From: Armatimonadia bacterium
Lineage (GTDB): Bacteria; Armatimonadota; Zipacnadia; Zipacnadales; UBA11051
Assembly (NCBI GenBank): GCA_039683575.1
Contig: JBDKRC010000343.1
Location: 1-21,796, forward strand
Length of the DNA: 21,796 nt
Reading direction: 5' to 3'
This document shows positions 1-6,867 of this stretch, piece after piece (position 1 is the first letter of the stretch; the number at the start of each line of letters is the position of its first letter). The notes under the pieces are model-generated. The model made no database searches and had not been told where the DNA came from. It worked only from the letters and a program-made list of their open reading frames with translations. Position numbers and translations under genes: made by a program.

Positions 1-2
1 TT

Positions 3-162
3 CTGTAGGGCGGGGGCTCGTCCCCCGCCGCTCGGGATGGGTCGCAGACGTTCGGCGGGTTACGAGGCCCCCGCCCTACAGCGGAAGGGCAGACAACGTT
101 CGGCGGGGTACGAGCCCCCTGCGACGCAGACGTCGCTACGCCTACAGCGGAAGGGCAGACAA
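3..162. repeat. GTAG-family REP cluster (REPIN/BIME-like): inverted REP pair plus a third interrupted copy
   Basis: GTAG (5-8) is followed by the hairpin GGCGGGGG-ctcgt-CCCCCGCC (9-29). An inverted copy cggcgggttacgaggcccccgccCTACag lies at 53-81. A third copy at 101-147 carries an internal inserted hairpin. The unit acgttcggcggg...cctacagcggaagggcagacaa is tandemly repeated (about 48-96 and 96-162). Confidence 0.8.
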
Positions 163-199
163 ACAAAAAGGCGGGTTCACCGGAGAGGTGAACCCGCCT
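161..199 (-). terminator. Rho-independent terminator of the minus-strand selenoprotein operon
   Basis: 13-bp perfect stem AGGCGGGTTCACC (169-181) / GGTGAACCCGCCT (187-199). The A-rich tract at 161-168 reads as a U-tract on the minus strand. It lies about 20 nt after the TAG at 221-223. Confidence 0.85.
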
Positions 200-220
200 G
201 GGGTACAGCTTCTTAGCTGT

Positions 221-1012
221 CTAGTAGACCGTTGCCTTCGTCTCCCCCTGCGCCTGTCCCAACGGTCCCAGCTCGGCGGTCGCTTTCACTGTATACTCTC
301 CCGGTTGTATTCGCACGGAATACGCACAGGAGCCGCCTCAGCCAAAGCCTAGCCGGTCCAGCTCCACCGTGGTGTCGCTGGCTACCTGGCCATTGGCGCT
401 CTGCGCCACGACGCGGACCCGCGGGCTGCCCTGCGGGGTCCGGCAGTTGATTGAGAAGTCGCCCGCGCTGAGCCGGACGGCTACGCCGAGCGAGCCGGTG
501 CCGGCGCGGGCGGTGATGTTGGTGGTCAGGGGCTCTGCGGTGGCAACCACGGCCTCTTTGAGGTCGGTGAAGAGTTGGAGGTCCTTGCGGAACTCATACT
601 CCCACTTCTCCTCGCCGCGGGCCAGTTGCGGCCGCAGCACGCTCGAGATCCGTTCGCCGCCATAGGGGGCGGTGGAGCGTGTGAGGGACAGAGTAACCGG
701 ATTTTCGGTTCCTTCCCCAAACTTGTTGTATGGGGTCTGGAGGCTGAGCGTTGGGAAGACCAGCATCTGGCCCTTCAACTCTGGCACGAGCTTTTCGCTC
801 GCCTCAAAGACGCCGTTGAAGTTGGTATCCGCGTAAGCCACGTCGTAGGGACCGTCGTCGCCCTTGGAGCGGTCGAAGGCTATCGCGAGGACCTTCGTGC
901 CGTCCTGGGTAACGGCGATCTTAGTGTAGACGGGCTTGCCAAGGAATTGTACCGCTTCCTGCGCCAGCAGTACCTGGCACAGAAACAGCAGCGCAAGTAT
1001 TGATATCACCAT
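221..1012 (-). CDS. Secreted putative selenoprotein with UGGSC (UxxxC) motif; Sec at TGA 338-340; 263 aa from ATG 1012
   Basis: Signal peptide (ILALLFLCQVLLA-QE) and a DxNxNG-type loop (YADTNFNG). The frame stays open after the TGA: LGFG-U-GGSCAYSVRIQPGEYTVKATAELGPLGQAQGETKATVY-TAG(221-223). SECIS-like hairpin at 307-323, terminator just after the TAG. The start may be ATC 1030. Confidence 0.8.
307..323 (-). promoter_or_regulatory. Putative bacterial SECIS element (copy 1)
   Basis: Minus strand GTATTC-cgtgc-GAATAC. The stem starts +15 and the loop +21 after the TGA. G at loop position 2 is followed by U. A possible lower stem is CTCCTG/CGGGAG. Confidence 0.75.
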
Positions 1013-1060
1013 GGTATACCGACCTTTGATGTGGCACTCCTCCTTTGCCTTCTACACTTA

Positions 1061-1077
1061 CTGACAAGACCTGACAA
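1061..1077 (-). promoter_or_regulatory. Direct repeat TTGTCAG-N3-TTGTCAG, possible transcription-factor site
   Basis: CTGACAA at 1061-1067 and 1071-1077 (10-bp period), in the gap upstream of the SD AAGGAGGAG (1045-1037). Confidence 0.3.
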
Positions 1078-1110
1078 TCACAAGTTCGCCCTGCCCTGAG
1101 GCAATTCCTG

Positions 1111-1932
1111 TTACGGCGACCACTTGGTCTCTGCAGTTTTTACCTCGAAGGGACACTTCGGCATAGTCGGCTTGAGGGTTAGCTGGCCCGTGGCATGCGC
1201 TGGTACTCGCCCGGAGTACGAACAACTGCCGCCTCACCCATAGGAGAAGCGCCCGCTCCAGACAAGGTTGCCCTTGCTGTCACGGGCTTCAAAGGAGGGC
1301 GGTTGGGCACGGGGGGTAGAGCTGATCGTGGTGTAGTGCCCGCCGCGGTCCTTGGTCTCCAGGCGCAGGTAGACGTTGCCCGAGGTCTGCCGCGGCATCC
1401 GTGCGGTGGTGATCTGCACTGTGAAGGGGGGCCCCACCAGCAGTTGTCGTTGCGGGGCTGCCACGTCCCTTGCCAGCGGCCCCGAGAGGGAGGTTCTGGC
1501 CTCCCACCGGACCTTGTCGGCCTGCCTGGTGATGACGCAGGTGTTCAGCCTGGTGTCTGCGGGCACCGTCACGGCGCCGTTTGTGGCTTTGAACCGGTAG
1601 CGACGCCCCCTGTCGTAGCCGTCCAGGTAGCCCTCGCCGAGATCTCCCACCTTCAGTGAAAATGTCTTGCCCTGGAAGGTCTGGGGGTTGAAGTCACTGG
1701 GGCTGGTGCCCTGTTGATGACCTCTCACATAGGAGAAAGCCAAGAGCAGTGCGGTGGCGGCGCCGACTGCCCAGAGGGCGCCGATGCCCGACAGCACATA
1801 GCCGACGGCATTCTGGCGGTGTCTGCGGATCGATATGATGCCGACAATGAGGGGGACGAGCCAGCCGAGGAACGCGACTAGCCCAATACCGAGGTAGAGC
1901 AGGACGAAGACCACACCCACACCCATGTCCAT
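1111..1932 (-). CDS. Membrane-anchored putative selenoprotein with UGGSC (UxxxC) motif; Sec at TGA 1234-1236; 273 aa
   Basis: Two N-terminal hydrophobic segments, then a soluble beta-rich domain. The frame stays open after the TGA: SGRFSYG-U-GGSCSYSGRVPAHATGQLTLKPTMPKCPFEVKTAETKWSP-TAA(1111-1113). SECIS-like hairpin at 1203-1219. GGAG upstream of the ATG. Confidence 0.8.
1203..1219 (-). promoter_or_regulatory. Putative bacterial SECIS element (copy 2)
   Basis: Minus strand GTACTC-cgggc-GAGTAC, at the same +15/+21 offsets as copy 1. A compensatory U-A to C-G pair change relative to copy 1. Confidence 0.75.
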
Positions 1933-1952
1933 CGTGTCTCACTCCCGCTGCG

Positions 1953-2723
1953 TCACTTGACGCCGAGCTTCAGACACCTTGCCGTGCAGTCCAGGCAGCG
2001 GACGCACTCGCCATTGTTCATCTCAGCCATCGGGTCGATCTCTACGGGGCAGCGCTCAGCGCACTGACCGCAGGTGTTACAGCTTTCGTTCTCCTGGCTG
2101 ATCCGCCAGAAGGAGAAGCGGTTGAACAGCGAGAGCATGGCCCCAAGCGGGCAGAATACTCGACAGAAGCCGCGCGAGGCGACTGCCGCCAACGCAATTA
2201 TACCCAATAGCACGGCAACGCGCACCATAAACATTATGCGCCAGGGCGAAGAGGCGCCCATGATCGCCCACGGAATGGCCGATTCGAGGGTGCCCACGGG
2301 GCAGAGCGTGCAGTAGCTGACGTTCAGATGGGGGTAAACGAATGGTATGGCGAAGACCAGGCCGCCGAGGAGGACCCACTTGGTGTAGCCCAGGAAGCGG
2401 GGCAAGCGGACCTTGCGGCCCGGGATCTTGTGCAGGAGGTCCTGCAGCAGTCCGAAGGGGCAGACAAACCCACACCACAGGCGCCCAAAGAGCGTGCCGG
2501 CGAGGCCGATGATACCAAGGGCGATGAACGGGAAGATGCGGAGGGTGGAGAAGTTGACCAGTACCCCCACCGGGCACGCGAACGTCGCCGCCGGGCAGGA
2601 GTGGCAGTTCATCGCCGGGACGCAGATGCTGCGAAGCTGGAAGAAGTTGGCGTTCAGCCCCAGCAGGGCGACGAACTGGATGAAATAGCGCGTACGAGTG
2701 ATGCGCCTGAGCTTCTCAAGCAT
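1953..2723 (-). CDS. Membrane 4Fe-4S binding protein (NapH/MauN/YccM-like, Fer4_5 type)
   Basis: Several TM helices. CxxxCP motifs (WCGFVCPFG, FCRVFCPLG), N-terminal CVPAMNCHSCPAATFACP, and C-terminal ferredoxin motifs CNTCGQCAERCP and CVRCLDCTARC. Confidence 0.9.
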   Translation of the reverse strand: MLEKLRRITRTRYFIQFVALLGLNANFFQLRSICVPAMNCHSCPAATFACPVGVLVNFSTLRIFPFIALGIIGLAGTLFGRLWCGFVCPFGLLQDLLHKIPGRKVRLPRFLGYTKWVLLGGLVFAIPFVYPHLNVSYCTLCPVGTLESAIPWAIMGASSPWRIMFMVRVAVLLGIIALAAVASRGFCRVFCPLGAMLSLFNRFSFWRISQENESCNTCGQCAERCPVEIDPMAEMNNGECVRCLDCTARCLKLGVK

Positions 2724-2751
2724 AGGTTCCTAAGCTGTCTTTCGGCTGCTG

Positions 2752-2770
2752 CAACGGGACACGCCCGTTG
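2752..2770 (-). promoter_or_regulatory. Putative bacterial SECIS element (copy 3, intergenic)
   Basis: Minus strand CAACGGG-cgtgt-CCCGTTG. The stem starts +16 and the loop +23 after TGA 2786-2788. Same CGKGY loop as copies 1 and 2, with no U-tract after it. Confidence 0.7.
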
Positions 2771-2779
2771 TTTGAGGGG

Positions 2780-3043
2780 CTAAAGTCAAGTGGGGCAGGC
2801 TTTGTCAGCCTTGCCGCCCTTGGCATCTTTGGTCTTGCTGGCCTGCGGCGAGATCAGTTTGCCGTCGGCAGCGCGCTGCACAGAATGCGTCAGGCTGTCT
2901 TGCAGGACCGAATATTCGCTTTTGCTCGTGCCGGAGACGTCGAAGGTCACGCCCATGGTGGTGTACGTGAGCAGGCCCCCGAAAACAAGCAGGAGGAGCA
3001 ATAGAGCGAGCCAGCGATAGCCGCGTTTCGGTGTGGTTTCCAT
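2780..3043 (-). CDS. Small single-pass membrane putative selenoprotein with C-terminal CxxU (CPTU-L-stop); about 87 aa
   Basis: METTPKRGYRW plus a hydrophobic helix. The 3' end reads GCC TGC CCC ACT TGA CTT TAG (A-C-P-T-U-L-stop), followed by a SECIS-like hairpin. Start uncertain (ATG 3043, or 3085 which overlaps the upstream gene). Confidence 0.72.
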
Positions 3044-3071
3044 GGTCTGTAGCCTGATGGTAGCTCGCGTC

Positions 3072-3932
3072 CTAAGCGCGTGCAAGTATGTATTCCTTGA
3101 ACGTCAGCCACTCTACCCTCTGTTCCGCAAACCACGCCAGAAGCTCCTCGTACAGGCGCCGGACCGAATCCCATGAAGCGGTCATGGCTCTATAGTGGCT
3201 GCCAAAGATGATGACACCCTCCTCGCCTGCCTGTTCCATGAAGTTGGAGTACTCCGACTTGAACAGCGCAAGCCGCTCCTGGTACTGCTCGGGCGGCAGT
3301 GTGCCAATGATGTAGTCCTCCATGCAGGGGACCTCAACCACGCCGGGCGGCTCGATCCAGGGCACACAGGGGTAGTCCGGCTGCCAACGGTGCAGGCTTT
3401 CGTCTCCCGTGAGAGTATAGGCGGTCATGGTGGGGTTGACGCCGCGGCTGGATGAGCAGCTGATGCCAACGTCTGCCAGCGCGTGGTACAGGTTCGCACA
3501 GACCCCAAAGCAGGGGGCGCGGAAGACCAGTGGGCGCTCGCCGAAGAGGCTTTCGTAGGCTTCACAGCCCTGCCGCAGGCGCTCAGTGAGCCGTGCCGCC
3601 GAGTGAGCTTCCTCATAGCGCTCCCGGTTCGCCTCGTACTCCTCGAAGGGGCGTGGGTTCGCGCGACGGGTGCTAGGCTGAGGCAGGCCGAATTCCAGGC
3701 AGGAGCCGTGGGTGAGGCCATGAAGCTGGAAGTCATGCCCAAGATCGCGGGCCCATAGCAGCGTATCCCGCCAAAGCTCGTGGGCCTCGGCATACTGCGC
3801 CGGACGCGGCACCCAGAAGAAGGTCCCGCGTACGCCCACCTCGTTGAGCCACTCGATGACCTGGCGAAAGCCTGCAACGGCCTGTGGGTCGGTCGAGACT
3901 CCGGCATCATCGTTGGTGAAGATGGCAAGCAT
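3072..3932 (-). CDS. Polysaccharide deacetylase family protein (CE4/NodB-like)
   Basis: CE4-type motifs FTNDD, GTFF, HDFQLHGLTH and FRAP. No signal peptide. Confidence 0.8.
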   Translation of the reverse strand: MLAIFTNDDAGVSTDPQAVAGFRQVIEWLNEVGVRGTFFWVPRPAQYAEAHELWRDTLLWARDLGHDFQLHGLTHGSCLEFGLPQPSTRRANPRPFEEYEANRERYEEAHSAARLTERLRQGCEAYESLFGERPLVFRAPCFGVCANLYHALADVGISCSSSRGVNPTMTAYTLTGDESLHRWQPDYPCVPWIEPPGVVEVPCMEDYIIGTLPPEQYQERLALFKSEYSNFMEQAGEEGVIIFGSHYRAMTASWDSVRRLYEELLAWFAEQRVEWLTFKEYILARA

Positions 3933-4027
3933 GGCGTCTCCCCGAGGGAGTACTGAATACGGGCAGGAGTACCCAGGCGTCGCGTCGAAGCTACCCTTGA
4001 CTTTATCTTGACAGGAGGTCCGGGATC

Positions 4028-4666
4028 ATGTCAGCACGCAGGGGATTTACCCTCATCGAATTGCTGGTAGTCATCGCGATCATTGCCATTCTCGCGGCGA
4101 TCCTCTTCCCCGTGTTCGCCAAGGCACGCGAGAAGGCCCGGCAGGCTTCCTGCCTAAGCAACATAAGGCAGATCAACACGGCGCTGTTGGCGTACGCCCA
4201 GGATTACGACGAACGGATGGTGCCACGGTACTATACCGGGTACAACTGGCATCTCACCACCGAGCCGTACGTCAAGAACATGCAGATCTTCCTGTGCCCG
4301 AGCACCAGCAACTACTCGTATGGCTATGCGCAGGACAGCCTGAGTTGGCAGTCCATCGGCGCCTTCGCTTCCCCCGCTGAGACGTTGATGGTTTGTGATG
4401 TGGGACTGTGCAACAACAGTTCCGGCACGACGAGTTGGGACTGGCATGTCAACACCCCCATCGGTTCCTATGCAGCGTTAGCGGTCAAGCCCGCCGATGA
4501 ACTGGCCCTGCCGGTGGCGGGAGACCCTGCCTGGGCCCAGCGCCCGAGGCCCATCCACAACGAAGGCTGCAACGTCGGCTTCCTCGACGGCCACGCCAAG
4601 TGGCTGCGGACCGATGCGTTCTACTACGGCCAGACACCAGTAGACAGGGTCTTCGACAAGCTGTAG
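4028..4666 (+). CDS. Prepilin-type N-terminal cleavage/methylation protein with DUF1559-like and H-X9-DG C-terminal domain
   Basis: [42 protein letters not shown] at the N-terminus and [16 protein letters not shown] near the C-terminus. SD AGGAGG at 4013-4018. Confidence 0.93.
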   Translation: MSARRGFTLIELLVVIAIIAILAAILFPVFAKAREKARQASCLSNIRQINTALLAYAQDYDERMVPRYYTGYNWHLTTEPYVKNMQIFLCPSTSNYSYGYAQDSLSWQSIGAFASPAETLMVCDVGLCNNSSGTTSWDWHVNTPIGSYAALAVKPADELALPVAGDPAWAQRPRPIHNEGCNVGFLDGHAKWLRTDAFYYGQTPVDRVFDKL

Positions 4667-4686
4667 GCTTGCTCCGGCGAATCCGT

Positions 4687-4723
4687 AACGGGAGCATCCG
4701 ATTGGATGCTCCCGTTTCTTTTT
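4687..4723 (+). terminator. Rho-independent terminator between convergent genes
   Basis: 13-bp stem AACGGGAGCATCC/GGATGCTCCCGTT (4687-4716) followed by TCTTTTT. Confidence 0.85.
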
Positions 4724-4725
4724 GT

Positions 4726-6723
4726 CTAGGCGAACCACATTAGGTAGCGCTTCGCCACTTCCTCGCTGAACGCTCCCACAATCCCCCAGATGCCCCCTGC
4801 GAAGAGTACATGCCCGATTGCCAGACCCATGAACACCGGCATGGCGGTGCGGTAGGTCTGTGGGCCGCCGAGCCGGAGAATGAGTGTTTTGCTCAGCCAT
4901 GCAACGAAGGCTGGGAACCAGATTGAGTGACCGTAGCTGCCCGATAGCGCGAGGCCGAGGGGATTGAGCGGGAAGCGCAGGTACTTCACGCGCAACAGCA
5001 GCATGGCCACCGTCAGGGCAAGCCCCACGAGTCGCGCCACGTTGGTCTGCATGTCCATCGGTACTGCGGTGAAAGCGCGGGTCTTGAGACGGTCGTAGTT
5101 GGCGAGGGCCTGCCGTGTCCTGTAGCCGCCCTCGGTGCTGCCGCCGTCGAGGACGTTGGCCCCGAAGCTGTAGTAGGCCTGCATGTGCATGAACAGGCCG
5201 ATGGCGAGGCCAATGGCCAGGCCGTAGATGATCGTGGTGAGCACCTGCTTGCGGCCGAGATCGGCACGGTAGCCCATTCGCACTGCTTCGATCTCAAACG
5301 CGCCAAGCTGGGGGAACGTCATGCGGCTCATCGCGCTGATGGTGGCATAGACCGCTTCGGAGCGCAGGGCTGCGTTGCTGAAGTGTCCGGTCGTGGGTTT
5401 GAGCGCCAGAATGGTCTCGGCAACCTCTTCGCGGGGCACCACATAGTTGATCGGCAGGCCCGTCTGGGCGCGCACCCGGATGTACACGAGGGCCACGCCG
5501 AAGCTCAGGATGACGTAGGCCAGGGCCAGACCAAGGCTCATCCCGGCGCTCACGCAGAAGGCGACAAAGCCGCCCATGCCGACCATCAACCCCCAGAAGG
5601 CCCAGCGTGAGGGTATCAGCTCCTCCTTGTCCCATTCCGGCCTGGCCCCGCCGAGGGCGCTGAGGGCTACCTGCTTGAGATGCTTGCGGCCAACATACAA
5701 CAGGAAGAAGATCAAGCCGACATACGACCCCATGCCCTGCGCGCGCTCGAAGGGGAAGTTCCCGATCTGGTACCCGCCCAGTGTGGCGAAGAAGTTCTCG
5801 AAGCGGAATAGCAGGAAGAAGCTCCAGATGGACAGCAGCACATCCACCGGCACCAGGTAGCCCAGGCCGATGATCTCGGGCCGGAAAGTCATGGTCATGG
5901 GGCGCAGGGCCGTCCAGGGGCGCTCGGTGAGGAGCTTATTCAGCTCGTAGGTCTGCCCGATGGCCGGGGTCTGGGGTGAGAAAGCATGGGCGATGTTGGA
6001 GCCGTTGTAGATGGCGGCGATACCTACCCCGATCCAGAACAGCGGCTGGCGCAGTAGCGAGGTCTGGTCTTTGGCGGCCGGGTCCGGTGCGAGGTGTAGC
6101 GGCAGTTCCGCCAGGGGGAAGGTCAGGCGCTCGTGCTCCGACCAGGGGCGGCGGAAGAGCGATACCATGCACAGCAGCGACAGGCCGATGAGCATGAACA
6201 GGCCGCTCCACATCGCCAGCGGCACCGCCCACGCGTGCCACGGAAACGCTCCGCTGGGGCTGCCCTCGTAGAAGTTGGTGATGACCTGCGAGTCTGAGGG
6301 CGTCATCCACTCCGGCAGCAAGTCGGCGAAGGCGCCGTATTCATTGCCCGGGGCGGCAAAGTAACGGGCCACAGTCAGCGAGGCCAGTAGCTGCCGCACC
6401 CCGTTGGCCTCCAGCGTCACCAGGGCCAGGCTCATGGTGATGTAGATCAGGAGCGCTTGCTTGCGGTACTTGGAGGTGCGGGTGAGGCGGTGGAAGCCGT
6501 AGCCAATCGCCGTCATGGCCACCAGCGCGGTCAGGGCCGGGATTGGCGGGGCACCCTCGGCCACCAGGATCGTGAAAGCGATGAGCGAGGTCTTGCGCAC
6601 CCAGATGGCGCTGATGAGCAGGAACACCGTGGCCCAGATCAGAACAGGTGGCAGGGCAGCCTGCGCGGTGTCGGGGGCCTCGTCGGTCAGCGGCGCGGTA
6701 GTCTTGACGGTTGGCTGATTCAT
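4726..6723 (-). CDS. Polytopic membrane protein, DUF6785/DUF6784-like (putative transporter)
   Basis: 665 aa with many TM helices. Motifs W...WAVPL..W, RRPWSEHERLTFPLA, RVRAQTG, RFPLNPLGL, WLSKTLILRLGG..YR..PVFMGL are recognised from this family. Confidence 0.75.
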   Translation of the reverse strand: MNQPTVKTTAPLTDEAPDTAQAALPPVLIWATVFLLISAIWVRKTSLIAFTILVAEGAPPIPALTALVAMTAIGYGFHRLTRTSKYRKQALLIYITMSLALVTLEANGVRQLLASLTVARYFAAPGNEYGAFADLLPEWMTPSDSQVITNFYEGSPSGAFPWHAWAVPLAMWSGLFMLIGLSLLCMVSLFRRPWSEHERLTFPLAELPLHLAPDPAAKDQTSLLRQPLFWIGVGIAAIYNGSNIAHAFSPQTPAIGQTYELNKLLTERPWTALRPMTMTFRPEIIGLGYLVPVDVLLSIWSFFLLFRFENFFATLGGYQIGNFPFERAQGMGSYVGLIFFLLYVGRKHLKQVALSALGGARPEWDKEELIPSRWAFWGLMVGMGGFVAFCVSAGMSLGLALAYVILSFGVALVYIRVRAQTGLPINYVVPREEVAETILALKPTTGHFSNAALRSEAVYATISAMSRMTFPQLGAFEIEAVRMGYRADLGRKQVLTTIIYGLAIGLAIGLFMHMQAYYSFGANVLDGGSTEGGYRTRQALANYDRLKTRAFTAVPMDMQTNVARLVGLALTVAMLLLRVKYLRFPLNPLGLALSGSYGHSIWFPAFVAWLSKTLILRLGGPQTYRTAMPVFMGLAIGHVLFAGGIWGIVGAFSEEVAKRYLMWFA

Positions 6724-6771
6724 GGTGCGGGCAGGTCTTTCGGCGGGATCATCTTCAACACCTGCCCGGAT

Positions 6772-6785
6772 GGGAACCGTTTGCA
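6772..6785. promoter_or_regulatory. Possible LacI-family operator
   Basis: GGGAACCGTTTGCA, one mismatch to TGnAAnCGnTTnCA, in the divergent intergenic region 6724-6867. Confidence 0.3.
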
Positions 6786-6867
6786 GGCCTCACTCTACGA
6801 AGGTCTGGCTGGGGTGGTTCACGAACGGTGTCCTCTCGCGCCATGATGCCGTAAGGGAGTTGCTCAG

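Noticed and set aside
3-162. CRISPR array
   Set aside because: The copies are inverted or degenerate with no unique spacers of regular length, and no cas genes are present.
1953-1955. TGA ending the 4Fe-4S gene as a fourth Sec codon
   Set aside because: The domain is complete, there is no CGKGY hairpin at +15, and the next gene's SD and ATG follow within 20 nt.
221-2788. Genome-wide UGA reassignment (code 4/25) or pseudogene nonsense mutations as the explanation for the in-frame TGAs
   Set aside because: TGA acts as a normal stop elsewhere (1953, the 16269 ATGA overlap, 21138) and the long ORFs have no internal TGA. Three independent TGAs each with a Cys partner and a shared hairpin are unlikely to be random nonsense mutations.
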